Positions 26,244 through 42,237 are shown, counted from the stretch's first letter. The stretch: 64,000 nt of DNA from Eledone cirrhosa (GCA_964016885.1 OZ024750.1:11532001-11596000); one strand, 5' to 3'. Numbers and translations are program-made. The notes: generated by a model from the sequence alone, not told the origin.

Positions 26244-26609
26244 CCTCCCGTTTGGCTAACAGTGGGCCTCTTCTTGCTTACATCTCACTCACGTCGGACG
26301 TCTGTATTTTTCGCTCATGAAATCCACCCAGCTTATGCTGACCAGGACTACCATGTTGCTTGTTTATTTCCTTTCTTTGGTTTGTTTTTATCCTTCTATG
26401 TTGTTCACTTGTCCCCCTCGCTTTACGCGATTACTGGTCCCAATAACTTTTTTTAGATTATTGCTCGCACCAACCTGAGGTATCTGATTTTTAATGCGAT
26501 GAAATACCAATGGTATTCCAACCGATGGTTGGAAAATCACTGACGAAGGACTATTTTTATCATATGTAACCCATGTGCAAACCACGCAGTATTCTTCTTT
26601 CTTCTCATG

Positions 26610-26660
<51 letters not shown>

Positions 26661-26665
<5 letters not shown>

Positions 26666-26992
26666 CGAGTGGACTAGGTTGTATGAATGTAACAAGGAAT
26701 ACATTGTTTGTGTGTAGATATATATTTAATTAACAATGGTAGATATGTCAAAGAAATAGATGATAGAATGAAGCAAAGTTAGTAGTTACCGTTTTGATTG
26801 CCAGGCAAACGCGGCTGGCAGAGGACGCCTGGCTAAGGCCAGCCAGGCCAAATGAGAGGCTCTTGGCCTGGTGCCGAAAAGGCAATGAGAGAGTGAGAAC
26901 TTAAAGTTGTTAGTTTTATAGGGTTCTGGCCGGAAGTTGCAGAAAGGGTTCTACTTCCCGTCTAGATCCAAACAAGGGAGACAACCGCTACA
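26661..26992. mobile_element. Probable solo LTR
   Basis: Ends tatagcg...cgctaca (decayed TG..CA with a short terminal inverted repeat), 332 bp, inside (TA)n. Confidence 0.5.
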
Positions 26993-27089
26993 TATATATA
27001 TATATGAAGGTTGGAAGATCACTGATGAAGGACTAATTTTATTCATATGTAACCCATGTGCAACCACGCAGCACTCCATTTTTCATATA

Positions 27090-27213
<124 letters not shown>

Positions 27214-27413
27214 GGAAAAGAGTCAGGATCCCGATGACTGAGCTCCGGCCGGATCGAGATCTAGATCCGAACTAGCTGTCGAAACGGCCGGAGCTCAGCC
27301 GTCGGGGGTCCTGACTCTGTTCCTATTACCCACTCTACTACCCTAAATATCGAGTACTCTGGTGCGTTATGGTCCACCTGGTTTCTTACCATACTTTTTT
27401 GTTATCCATATAC

Positions 27414-27448
<35 letters not shown>

Positions 27449-27747
27449 GTATGACCCCGACGGCAGAGCTCATGCCGTCGGGGGTCATACTTTTTCCTAT
27501 TTCCCACTCTACTACCCTAAGTATTGAGTACTCTGGTGCGTTATCGTCCATCTGGGTTCCTTACCACATTTCCTTCGTTGTATTTTAATTATGTCTCATA
27601 TAAAATAATACAACTGGATATCCGCAAAATACGTGTAGTTAGCACCCCAAACGTATAATTGGGATTATACTAAGGTATATCCTAATGTTTGTTGAGTGAG
27701 ACGGAAGCCGGTCGGAGTATTGCTTAAAGCTTTCTCTGTTAATGTAT

Positions 27748-27784
<37 letters not shown>

Positions 27785-27860
27785 TCGGCAAGTATGAAAT
27801 TTGTAGAAATCTGTAGAAAAACAACAAATTTCTACAAATTTCCATCTTGACGACCCAATA
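27785..27860. mobile_element. Tiny hairpin MITE (Tc1/mariner-like)
   Basis: aagtatgaaatttgtagaaat...atttctacaaatttc..cttgacgaccc; second copy at ~40432-40515. Confidence 0.65.
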
Positions 27861-28093
27861 TATATATATCATTCATTTGATTTATTGATTTATTGATAAT
27901 TTATCTGAGTGTCCCGAATCTTCCATATCGCAATTTTTCGGTCGTTTGGTTGATTGTAGACATATTCTACGTGTGACGGTATTTTAACGATAGTTATAGC
28001 TCTGATTTATTTGAATTATGGAGCCCTCTGCCGCTCATCTCGAATTTTGTTTATCGTGAACTCGTGCGCCGATTTTTCGATACTCGATTATTC

Positions 28094-28200
<107 letters not shown>

Positions 28201-28565
28201 TACATATATATCAGGGTTGGATTTAGACTTTGGGTGGATGGGGGCATCAGATATTCACTAACCCTCCATTTGACTCTGTGGATCGGATCCCAGTCCAACT
28301 CAATCCTTTCTATATAAACCCTGGTCCTAGGTTCGGGAGTAATAGACACAGTATCCTCTTTTCCGCCTAGACCAGCTATATTTACCGGTCACTATTTTGT
28401 AATCTATTTTATTATGAAATTGTATCTCTACATAAAGAGAAAAGAAGAAAAATGTGAATCCGCTGGGGAATGTGGAAATACTTGGACAATCGTCCAAGTA
28501 TTGGAAATACTTGGACAAATAGATGTTCCGATGCTCTACAAATACTGCTAATCCACCACCACATA

Positions 28566-28878
28566 ATAATTGTTTCTACTTTTGGCACAAGGCCATCAAT
28601 TACCCAGTGCATTACTGGTACTTTATTTTATCGACCCCGTAAGGATGAAAGGCAAAGTTAACCTCGGTGGGATATAATAATAAGAACTATTATTGATAGT
28701 GGATTGGCAGTATCAGTAGCTTTCCAGGATAGTTACGTCCCTTTACGATCTGAGTTCAATCCGAGTTCAAATCCCGCCGAGGTTAACTTTGCCTTTCATC
28801 CTTACGGGGTCGATAAAATAAAGTACCAGTAATGTAATGGGTAATTGCTGGTCTTGTGCCAAAAGTAAAAACAATTAT
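28566..28878. mobile_element. Two Meta-domain SINEs in inverted orientation
   Basis: Minus copy 28566-28672, plus copy 28697-28878. Confidence 0.85.
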
Positions 28879-29329
28879 TTCAATATCTCAATCTATTTCT
28901 TACCACAATCATCCTATTTTTAATGCCAATAATTATGGGAACCATAATCACCACCACCACTACACCACACCCATCACTAGAACCACCACCACCACCAACA
29001 TAACTAATACCATAACCACCACCACCACCAACATAATTTCTAGACCAGTTATCAGCCTCAGTCAATCTCATGTCTTCCACCATCTCTCTTCCTCTTAATT
29101 CCTTTGATGTCAGTCTGTCAATCATCAACCATTATCTGCCGACCACTGCAAGTCAAAGATCCCTCAATATCAACACCAAATGTCCCTTTCCTGTTGGGGC
29201 TGTCGTAGATGTAACTAAACCCGTCGCCAAGCTTTGGTGCTGGAGTGAGGATGGGAACTTCAGAACATGGTTTCTAATCTCGTACAACCTTCTATATATA
29301 TTTGTGTTGTTCTAAGCTTCTCTTTGACT

Positions 29330-29605
29330 ATGATGTATTAGTGAAACACTGTGATCCAGTTCTCAGTAGTGCCTCACTTCTTATGTTACCCCAAATACCA
29401 CGACTTCACCGAACGCTTCCTAGTCGAGTTAGTCGCCGTTAAGATCTCCGATGTCCACAATTTTAATCTCCGGTCTGATGTTTTCCTCCGCAAAATTGGG
29501 AGGAGTGCATCTCGCCCGAAGCAAGACCCTCTTGGGGTAGAGTGGCTGATACAGCGGGTATCGCTGGCTATGTTTTTTTCCATCCTGTCCGCGGTCTACA
29601 GTTAA
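29330..29605 (+). mobile_element. CRE-clade 3' remnant
   Basis: KYHDFTERFLVELVAVKISDV...FLRKIGRS...DPLGVEWLIQRVSLA..FSILSA. Confidence 0.8.
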
Positions 29606-29806
29606 GATATACCACCCTAACCTGTGATGTAGAGTCGGTCTCTCTCTTCTTTTTTGTCATGCTTTTATTCTTGTTTATTAGGCGAAATAATACAAACACA
29701 GGGAGGTGAGCATAAATGGTGAGGATGATGATGATGGTGGTGGTGGTGATGGCGGCGGTGGTGTTGTTGTTGTTATTGTTGGTGGTGGCGGCGGCGGCGG
29801 TGCGAC

Positions 29807-29909
<103 letters not shown>

Positions 29910-29910
29910 A

Positions 29911-30005
<95 letters not shown>

Positions 30006-30848
30006 GCGAGGGTCGGAATGAAGTAAAACAAGAAAAAAAAGAAAAGGAAAAGAAAGTAACGACAAACGTAGATATGTAAAGAAAAAGAAAGAAAAGGAAA
30101 AAGAGAGAGAGAGGGGGGGTGAAAGAGGGAGAGAAGTGGAGACAGAAAGAGGGGAGAGAAAAAGAGGGTGAGAGAGAGAGAGAACAGAGAGAGAACAGAA
30201 GGAGAGTGGGTGAGAGAGAGAGCAGAGAGAGAACAGAGGGAGAGTGGGTGAGAGAGAGAGCAGAGGGAGAATGGGTGAGAGAGAGAACAGAGAGAGAGGG
30301 AGAAGAGTGAGAGAGAGGATGGAAAACAGAGAGGAGGGGGTGTGAGGGAAAAGTGTGAGAGAGAAAGGCGGCCAGAAAGACAAACAGTAGTTTGTACTTA
30401 CCCATGTCGGCTGGCTGGTTACGTGACAGCCAACACTTGTCTTCCTATTACAACTATTTGAAAAAATATAGAATATTTCACTCACAATCTTCTCTTCTAC
30501 TGCTCCTCGACGTCGTGGTCAAGTTGTGTGTTTTATAACTTCCACTATATTAAACAAACTATCCAATCCGTCCATGACCACCACGAAGCTCTAATATTTC
30601 TTCTTTATTTTGTCTTATTACTACGACCTAGAGTGTTAATGACTGCCACTGACTGGGGCCCCTTCAACAGCTGATGGGACAGGACACTTGTCGCATTCAA
30701 ATTCCGACGGGCTTATTGAAAAAAAATATATTGTAAAAGGCAAAACAAGGTCTTTATTGATATTTTTAATTAATTAAAAGTTCTTAATTGACATCAAATT
30801 CAAAGGATAAGTGGATAAACCAGTATAGAATAACAGGAAAAGATATAC

Positions 30849-30883
<35 letters not shown>

Positions 30884-31389
30884 AGATATATATACAGAGA
30901 GAGAAAAGGGAAGAAAAAATCGCGGACAAATTATTCGACTCGGATATTATTAAATGTTTGTTTTGAAATATTTCTCTGGACTCTAAAACAATTTACGACA
31001 TAGGTGTTTATATCAGAAAAGGAAGAGATACGGAAGCACTTTGCCTTCACTTCTAGTCACATATTTGACAAAGTTGTCGTAGTTACTAGTCTTACTAATT
31101 GGGTCAGAATTGATCTTTGAAAGAGAATTACAGGTAAGGAGAAATATTTTCTTTGTAATTTCGTAATATTTTACTTTGATCTTTAGTTTTGTTAGTATTT
31201 CTTGTTGTTGTCTTGTATTGTCTTTGAACAACTTTCTTATTGAATGTTTTTAAGATTTGTTTTTCTCTGGGTAACTCATTCTCATACGGATTTTATATGC
31301 ACACAACACATGTATGTAATTGGCAGTTGCTACCCATATGTTTATAGTATTTATAGTATATAAACGTATGATATATATTTTCATATACA

Positions 31390-31435
<46 letters not shown>

Positions 31436-31767
31436 GTGTGTGTGATCTCCAGGTTGTGCCAGGGTAACCGCAGTTTACAAAGGGTACTTGATGCGTTGGT
31501 AGAGTATATGTATGTTTATTAAATATAGAAATAACTTCTACAGGACTAGAACTGTTTCATTCGTATGAAATCATCAGTGTGGTGGTTATGTCGTAATGAC
31601 AAGAGTTAATCATATTTGAAATTAATTTTATTCATATAAATTAAATAACATTACAAATTGATTATAATATTTACACAATGAAACTGCATAAAGATATATA
31701 AAAACATAATAAATATGACAGAGACCACGGCACTGCTTTAATGCCCGCTGAATGCTGTATAAATGAA

Positions 31768-31897
31768 ATAATTGTCTATTTTTGGCACAAGGCCAGCAAT
31801 TATTCCGTGCATTACTGGTACTTTATTTTATCGACCCCGTAAGAATGAAAGGCAAAGTTAACCTCGGCGGGATTTGAACTCAGAACGTAAAGGGACG
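31768..31897 (-). mobile_element. Meta-domain SINE (type 1), 5'-truncated
   Basis: Consensus match. Confidence 0.85.
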
Positions 31898-32347
31898 TAT
31901 AAATGAAATAATATTTGTAGAGGTAAACCTAATTAAGGAATAAGTTATTTATTACAATAAATAAAATATTTTCATAAAACATAGTTATCCATCAATGGGT
32001 AATTTATTTTATTATCATCAGAGAATGTGTAGAATTGAAGTTGTGGCATGCATACATTTCTTGTACAGCAGTACACACGTGTGTGTTTGTGTGTAGAATT
32101 GTTTTGGCTTTACACAATTAGACATGAAGTGGATTGTATTGTATAATTTAGCACTGAGACAAAGATTCACTGATATATATATATACACATTTGTTTATAT
32201 AAAGTGTATATATATATATATACGTTAAAATATACATCAATTTTACTTCTACATGTCTAGTATTGAGGACTCTGCATTTTTTGTACAAAGATATATTTAA
32301 AGTTGCAATGACATTTATATGTATTTGTTCTTATAGATGCATACGTC

Positions 32348-33496
<1,149 letters not shown>

Positions 33497-34061
33497 TTGT
33501 CGTTTGAACGAAAGCTCACTCTCAAGAAATTCGGTGTATTGACTAAATAAATAAACAACCACCCCCATCCAGGACGTATTATCTCGTTTCTACACCCGTA
33601 TGCAAGTTTCTGTGTTTGTCACTTATTAAATACATCCGTTTGGTATTAGCTGTGTGTATAATATGAATGAATCATTGCATGTAAAGATCTAAATAAAGAT
33701 CTAAATAAAATTATCTAAGTAAATCAATCAATAAAAAGGCCTGCGACTGCTGGAACCCTATTGGTCGATTAATCGAACGGAGCTGAGCTTTATCTAAACA
33801 ACTGTGTTTAGTTAGTTTATAGTGTTGATATCAACTACCCTAGCGAAGAAGACCAGGGGTTAGTTTGCCCTCGATGAAGTGTTTCTGTGTGGTGTTCTTA
33901 CGACCCAATTCTATGTAATATTTATCAAAGACACCCCAGCTGTAACTATGTCGAGGTTTTGTTTCTAACAACACTGTCCTCATTATCGTGTTATATACAA
34001 TGTTTCCTTTAAGAAACGATAAGGTGTGATTTCAATAAGATTGGTTAATGTATGTCATCAC

Positions 34062-34099
<38 letters not shown>

Positions 34100-34274
34100 A
34101 AGATTTTGGTGGTGTGGTGGTGTGTATGCTGGACATTTATGTTGATAATACATGCTGTGTGTCTAATGTTTGTGTCTATCAGACCACCACCACCAACAAC
34201 ACCACCACCACTTCAATCACTTGTTCAACTAACCATTGCTCAATTTCATCAACTCATGAGTTTGTTGTTCGAAT

Positions 34275-34353
<79 letters not shown>

Positions 34354-34388
34354 AGAAGAAATTAAAAGATGGTTAAAAAAGTTCCATG

Positions 34389-34459
34389 TATTTTATTATG
34401 CGCATTTCAAAAACAAATATCCTCCTGGGACTATATTTGCGTTCTCATCAGATAAAATA
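34389..34459 (-). ncRNA. Type I hammerhead ribozyme, family D variant
   Basis: Minus strand: tattttat-CTGATGA-gaacgcaaatat..atatttgttttt-GAAA-tgcgca-TA-ataaaata. Confidence 0.75.
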
Positions 34460-34614
34460 GGGAGACATGATATGATGCTTAAAAAAAAACACTTGTGAAC
34501 AAGGTAGTGTCTATATATACGCACACACACACACATATGTATGTATATATATATATATACGCACACACACACATATGTATGTATGTATATACCATTTATT
34601 TTATTTATGATACA

Positions 34615-34663
<49 letters not shown>

Positions 34664-34968
34664 ACATATGTATGTATAAATGTCCCTTGCTTTGTTTTAG
34701 CAACCAAGGCCGATACTATACTGAAATACCGTCCATGTGTGTATATGAGTCTGTCTCTCTCGGTGTATGTATATACACATGTATAAGAATTATGTACATT
34801 AAATATGTATACATTCATTTACACACTAGCACCACCCCCACCGCCTCCCATTTTCTTTTCTTTGTTTTTGTCATCTATCAAACTATACCAATACTCCTAA
34901 TAATTCCACACACATACACACCATCAGAATCACCCACACACACACACACACACACACACCATCAGAAT

Positions 34969-34999
<31 letters not shown>

Positions 35000-36093
35000 C
35001 ATCAGAATCACCCACCCACACACACACACACACACCATCAGAATCACCCACACACACACACACACACCATCAGAATCACCCCCACACACACACACACACC
35101 ATCAGAATCACCCACACACACACACACACACACACTATCAGAATCACCACAAATTTCATGTGCCCCCTTTTACACCGGCATCGCACAACATCTATCAGCA
35201 GCAGCAGCAGCAGCCCGCCATCCCCGCCACTAACACCACCATCACAACTACCAACAACAACATTATCACCACCACCCCCATCGCCACTACCACCACCACC
35301 ACCACCACCAACACCACCACCACCAGCAACATCACCGCCACTACCACCACCACCAACATCACCGCCACTACCACCACTACCCCCATCACCACCACAACCA
35401 GCCACACCCACCCCCAACACTAACCCCCCCCCCACTACCACCGCCACTACCCCCCCCCCCCACTAACACCACCGCCACTACCGCCACCAACACCACCACC
35501 ACCGCCACTACCCCCATTACCCAGTCGTTCTAAATACATAACAGATTTCTAACATTTTCCAGACTCCGTCAAAGAGTTCTGGAATGTCTGTCTGTCCACA
35601 ACTCCTACTGTTTCTAGTCTATTGTTGATATCTCACCCAATTGTTCTCTCAGATGGGGTGGTCATGGTGGGTATGACAAAGGTGAACAACATCTAACACG
35701 GGTGTCTTCCCCCCACTCAACTACCACTGTATTATCATTTGCCCTTCCCTCGTCCTCCGTAACAAAATAAAGACTATTAGGGACTATTACGAAGTGCTGA
35801 GGGGATAAAGTTCATATAAAGAGTGGTGTGCTCATGCACGGAGATGCTATAATAATAATAATAATGAAATTATTGTGTAGAGTGCTCAGGTGCACTACAA
35901 CTCATCAAATGTGCATGTATAGTACATAGATTAATGTACAAATGTCAGGAAAGTAAACAGTGTATGAGTCATGATATACACGTGTGCGTGTGTATGGGGG
36001 AGGGATATTAGGTGTAGTGTTGGCGGATTTCAGGAAGCATGGAGGTTTCAAAAGATTATAAAATAGCTTCTAAAATAAGGTGAAGACTCTTAA

Positions 36094-36306
36094 CTCTTTA
36101 GCATTTAAACTGGCCATATCCGGCCAGAATTCTCTCACCTCTGTCTGTTCAAACTGGCTGTAACTGGCCACTCATACTGATGTTAAGGTATTGTTCGCAA
36201 AATAAATAATATCAAAATCTCAAAGTGAGATAATTATGTAAGGTAAAGCCTTTGCCGTGAAAATAGAATATATATATATAGAGAGAGTAATGTAAACAGT
36301 AAAGGG
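36094..36306. mobile_element. piggyBac-like MITE
   Basis: TTAA-ctctttagcattta ... gtaaaggg-TTAA; TTAA at 36090 and 36307. Confidence 0.7.
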
Positions 36307-36524
36307 TTAAAGATGGGCAAAGAGGTTGCCATCGGCCGTAAAGTTGTTAGAACAGAGCAGATTGGCTGCCATCGAATTGTCGCAGATTTACAGCAGAGTT
36401 TTCCTTCTAGAATGAAGTCCTAACAAGAACTGGAAGCCCCTCACTCCCGGTGGGCTAACCATGCACCCGGGCTACAAGCCAAGTATTTCTATGTCCCTGC
36501 GCATATACATACATGCATGCATAC

Positions 36525-36616
36525 ATGATGGCTGCCTCCTCGTTATCGAGTATGGCCATTGCACGAAAAAAAAAAATATATATATATATATACACACACG
36601 AATACATACACATACA

Positions 36617-36647
<31 letters not shown>

Positions 36648-36720
36648 GTACGTACGTACATACATACATACATACATATGTACGTACGTACATACATACA
36701 TACATACATACATACATACA

Positions 36721-36752
<32 letters not shown>

Positions 36753-36845
36753 CACGCACATAAACAATTAACGGTGCTGCTTTTTAGCCCAGCCAATGAT
36801 CTAAAATGTTTTGCACAAAGTTGGCAACCAAAACATTCACTGACA
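36525..36845 (-). mobile_element. RTE-type LINE 3' end (zinc finger plus tail), split by a microsatellite
   Basis: CQLCAKHFRSLAGLKS; tail caatggccatactcgataacgagg, related tail at ~43047-43082. Confidence 0.55.
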
Positions 36846-37118
36846 TTCATACAAACGTACACATGCCTACTTACATGCACGCGTGCATACAGATATGCAT
36901 GCATACATACATACATACATACATACATTATGTATGTATGTATATGCAGAGCCAATGAGAGGGGAGGGGGGTCCATCCGGTACTTTGTTCCGGAGCCCAA
37001 GAGCTATTTTGAGAAAAAAATGTTGCCTGCTTCAAACCCCAAATGGGTCTTTTTTTTTACTACCTTGCAAAATTTCTCTCGGTATGTATGTGTATATGCG
37101 TATGTATGTATATGTATG

Positions 37119-37150
<32 letters not shown>

Positions 37151-37155
<5 letters not shown>

Positions 37156-37335
37156 GTTTCTACTTTAGGCACAAGGCCAGCAATTACCAGTGCATTACTG
37201 GTACTTTATTTTATCGACCCCGTAAGGATGAAAGGCAAAGTCAACCTCGGCGGGATTTGAACTCAGATGGTAAAGGGACGTAACTATGCTGGAAAGCATG
37301 GCGTCCGACCCTCTACCGATACTGCCAATCCACCG
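37151..37335 (-). mobile_element. Meta-domain SINE (type 1)
   Basis: Consensus match. Confidence 0.88.
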
Positions 37336-37340
37336 TATAT

Positions 37341-37767
37341 ATAATATAAGATCAAAAGATGGTTAAAGGAGTTCCATGTATTTTATTATGCGCATTTCAA
37401 AAACAAACATCATCATGCAATAATATTTGTGTTTTCATCAGATAAAACAGGAGAACATGATATGAAGGCTAAAAAACACTTGTGGATAGTGCAGTTTTAA
37501 ATCAACATATGATATGTTGATTTAAAACTGCACTATCCACAAGTGTTTTTTAGCCTTCATATCATGTTCTCCTGTTTTATCTGATGAAAACACAAATATT
37601 ATTGCATGATGATGTTTGTTTTTGAAATGCGCATAATAAAATACATGGAACTCCTTTAACCATCTTTTGATCTTATATTATGTATACTCCAGTCCTACAA
37701 ACTGTAGAGTGCTTCTTATCCGATATCTGCATTGCTTTATTGTACTACAATAAAACTCACCTCCTAC

Positions 37768-37768
<1 letters not shown>
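37341..37768 (+). mobile_element. Palindromic element, family D (Penelope-like end)
   Basis: 170-bp arms around a single G at 37511, then a 3' tail ending aaaactcacctcctaca-(TA)n; relatives at 34354-34500 and 42425-42732. Confidence 0.8.
37573..37643 (+). ncRNA. Type I hammerhead ribozyme, family D (mirror copy at 37379-37449, minus strand)
   Basis: tgttttat-CTGATGA-long stem II-GAAA-tgcgca-TA-ataaaata; 8-bp stem I, intact core. Confidence 0.8.
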
Positions 37769-37815
<47 letters not shown>

Positions 37816-37922
37816 GTGTGTGTGTGTGTGTGTGTGTAAAAGGTAAACAGAAATAACAACACAATCGGTACAGTATATGGAAGGAATATATTAGGTTAAC
37901 GCTTGAAATAGCAGGAAGAGGG

Positions 37923-37958
37923 TCTTGACGTTTCGGACGCTAGTCCTTCATCAGAAGA
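37923..37958 (-). ncRNA. Minimal hammerhead ribozyme (Penelope type)
   Basis: Minus strand: tctt-CTGATGA-a-ggac-tagc-gtcc-GAAA-cg-TC-aaga. Confidence 0.72.
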
Positions 37959-38119
37959 AAGAATGAGAAATAAGATAGATTGAGGGGACAGGAGGGTTGG
38001 AATTGGAAAAAAATAGCTTTAGATAAAAATAACAGGTCCATTCATTTTGACATACATGTATGTATGTGTGTATGTATATGTGTGCGTATGTATGTATATA
38101 TGTCTATGTATAGGGCGGG

Positions 38120-38285
38120 TAAAATTCCCGAGATCCATGGACGAGTTCTCTCCAGTGGTCTCTGTCCCTCGTTATCGCTGCCATGTCCTGCGTCTCCAAG
38201 AGACCAGTGTCTGTCCTTAGGGCATCAACATATGTTAACCTCGGTCTTCTTCTTCCAGTATGTCCATGCAGGGACTCCCATGCAT
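38120..38285 (-). mobile_element. RTE/RTE-X LINE C-terminal remnant
   Basis: WESLHGHTGRRRPRLTYVDALRTDTG..RDRDHWRELV. Confidence 0.78.
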
Positions 38286-38319
38286 GTATACGCATGTATG
38301 TATGTATATGCATATATAT

Positions 38320-38660
38320 GCATACGGTTGACTAATACATTTGTCATTATATGCATTTTTTGCACGTAGGAAAACATACTTTATTATTATTAATCTCCCC
38401 TAAGGTCGAGATAAAATTTTGGTCGTTTTTACTGCTGCTATTTCTAGTGGCAGGACATTGACCTTTCCACCCTTGCTTTCTATATTTACACACGGCACTA
38501 GACAATATTGTTTCTTTATCATACACTCTCATCTGGGAACAGTTCTGTATAGCGCCAGTTCGTGATTTGAACTCGGGAATTTTATATTCTCCGAGCGAGA
38601 AGAACCCTCTGACGAAATTCTCCTTCTCAATGGTTTTCCGCATGGATTATCCATTTATTT
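38320..38660 (-). pseudogene. Possible Tc1/IS630-type transposase N-terminal remnant
   Basis: Loose resemblance only (RKQG..CPAT, INNNKV, CISQPY); frameshifted. Confidence 0.3.
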
Positions 38661-38757
38661 TGAAAATTGAAACCGCGCGGTAAGGGTAAATATAGCAAGT
38701 ACAGTAAACTTTTAAAAATTTATTTAAAAACTTTTTCTCTATTTGCTAAACCTTGAT

Positions 38758-38793
<36 letters not shown>

Positions 38794-40077
38794 CAGTTTT
38801 ATTACTGTGTGTGAGGTGGTGTTTTCTTCTCAGGTCTGGAAATATGTCAGCGCTATAAGAATACAGAGTTATTTATACATTTAATAGAAATAAAAGTTTG
38901 GTAATAATAATTAAAGAACTGTAAATGGTAAATGAAGAAATTCTCTGGAATCCTTTCCTCTTTCTCTTTTGCCCTCTCTTTCTTTCCTTTTTATTGCCCC
39001 CTCCTCCTCTTCTTTACTTTTTATTGCTCCCCTCCTCCCCTTCTTTCTTTTTTATTTCCCCCTCCTCCCCTTTACTTTTTATTGCTCCCCCTCCTCCCCT
39101 TTACTTTTTATTGCTCCCCTCCTCCCCTTCTTTCTTTTTTATTTCCCCCTCCTCCCCTTTACTTTTTATTGCTCCCCCTCCTCCCCTTTACTTTTTATTG
39201 CTCCCCTCCTCCCCTTCTTTTCTTTTTATTGCCTCCCCTCCTCCCCTTTCATTTTTTTTCTTCATATTTTTTGTAATTCTTAGATTTTTTACATGTTCTT
39301 TGTTTACACAGAATTGTCAGCGTCTCTATCTCCTCTCACTCCCTCTCTCTCTCTCTCTTTCTCCTCCCCCTCTCGCAGTCCCTTTCTTTCTCTCCCTCTC
39401 ACTTCTACACTCTCTCCCTATCTCTAACACACATTCTCCTCTCACTCTCCCTCTCCCTCCTTCTCTCTCTCCCCCTCTCTCTAACACACATAGTTTCCTC
39501 TCACTCTCTCTCTCTCCATCTCTCCTAATTCATTTCGTGCCTAACAAGTAAACACATAAAGGAAATCAGATACACACACACACACATATACATACATACA
39601 CGCAAACACACACATATTCATACATACACGCAAACACACACACACACACACACATATTCATACATACACGCAAACACACACACACACACACACATATATA
39701 TACACGCATACATATATATACACATACATAGACGCAAACACACACACATATACATACATACACGCAAACACACACACACACATACATACATACAAACACA
39801 CACACATGTATATATACACGCACATAGACGCAAACACACACACACACACACATACATACATACACGCACATACACACACACACATATACATACATACATA
39901 CACGCAAACACACACTCACATATATATATATTAACACGCATACATATATATACACATACATAGACGCAAACACACACACACACATATACATACATACAGG
40001 CAAACACACACATATATACACGCATACATATATACACACATATATGCAGGCAAACACACACACATACATAGACGCGA

Positions 40078-40108
<31 letters not shown>

Positions 40109-40294
40109 CACATACATATACATACATACACGCAAACACACATACACACACACACACATATATATATATATACACATACACAACAGTTTCATTGTACCGA
40201 TATCAGAAATGTAACTGATGACAACTTTACTGAAAGCTGTCATCAAAAGCAATGATAACTACAACTTTAGAAGTTGTTTCCTAGGTGACGGAGA

Positions 40295-40327
<33 letters not shown>

Positions 40328-41000
40328 TCTGTATGTGTGTGTCTCTCTATCTGTGTGTGTGTGTATCTGTGTCTGTGGCTCTGTATGTGTGTGTGATCAG
40401 CTGTGTACACACGTGTATATGTTGATGTTTGAGGTCGTGAAGTATGAAATTTGTAGAAATCTGTTTGTTTTTTTTCTACAAATTTCTACAAATTTCATAC
40501 TTGACGACCCAATATATTGTTGCTGTTGTTCTTTAACCCCAGGTCAGACCTGGTCAAATAAGTTATGATGATCAAAGACATTCCAGGCCGTGATCATCCA
40601 CCCGTCTGTTTATATAAATCGTAAACTACATTGTTCTATGTAGCCTTCCTTTTCTTGAAGACAGCATGCTGTGATTTAAGAGATTTAAGACATGGCTATC
40701 TAGGACTACAGTATTCTATGTGTCTTTTTTTATTATGACCGTAGGGCGTGATTTGAGTGAGATATGGCTATTATATTTAGCAGGCCAAATAACCGCGTGT
40801 AGGTGCCCTCAGAAGTTCGTCCTTTGTTGATATATGTGATAGTATTTCTGTGTGTACATGTGTATGTTGTTGTTGTTGTTGTTGCTGTTGTTTATACGTG
40901 ACACTTGTCATGACATGTGTATATGTAGAAGGGAAGGCAGGTCTCTATATTTGTCTGTAATGATGGAGGATTTGGTTGTGATGGTTGTGTCTGTATTTGA

Positions 41001-41049
<49 letters not shown>

Positions 41050-41093
41050 ATAGAAGGAGCTTCTACAGGACTAGTACTGTTTCATTTAGATGA

Positions 41094-41140
41094 CTTCCTG
41101 AAGATTTCATCTGAATGAAACAGTACTAGTCCTGTAGAAG
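41094..41140 (+). ncRNA. Putative type I hammerhead ribozyme, family B
   Basis: cttc-CTGAAGA-t-ttc-atct-gaa-t-GAAA-cag-tactagtc-ctg-TA-gaag, within a palindrome at ~41045-41155. Confidence 0.65.
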
Positions 41141-41228
41141 CTCCTTCTATAAAATAAATTTTTTTTACTCTGCCATGTATTGAGTACCTTACTTACTGTG
41201 GTTATCCCCGACTCAACCCGGGACCTAC

Positions 41229-41266
<38 letters not shown>

Positions 41267-41402
41267 AAGTGAGGTTTTTTTTACAAAATGAAAAATAACC
41301 GAGGTGTCCTACACGAGTGAAAGTATAAAGAAAGAGAGATGAAATCGAAAATGCAAATGGAGTCTTATTTTTAAAAAAAATATATATATTTATTTGGTTC
41401 CT

Positions 41403-41812
<410 letters not shown>

Positions 41813-42180
41813 TAAAAAAAAAATAAGACTCCAGTTGCATTTTCGATTTCATCTCTTTTTCTTTATATATATATAACGAAGGAAATGTGGTAAGGAACCA
41901 GGTGGACCATAACGCACCAAAGTACTCAAAACTTGAGGTAGTTAGCCGTCGAAACGGCTTGAGCTCAGCTGTCGGGGTCTTACTGGTTCCTATATATATA
42001 TATATATATATATGCAAAAGTTTTATTTAAGATTGTTGGGTTACAACGAGTAAATATTTTATAACTGATATAAAAGCACTCGACAGGAAGGCATAACATA
42101 TTTTTAATATGATATCCCAGAAATATATATAACGAAATAAATATGGTTTTATAAATATAGTTTCCATTTGTTTAATATCG

Positions 42181-42237
<57 letters not shown>

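Noticed and set aside
26500-26560. ctgacgaagg / ctgatgaagg (also ~27022) as a hammerhead
   Set aside because: No downstream stem II plus GAAA; the halves are in the wrong order
31013-31231. 72-aa ORF as a Penelope N-terminal fragment
   Set aside because: No recognisable motif; cannot be supported without a search
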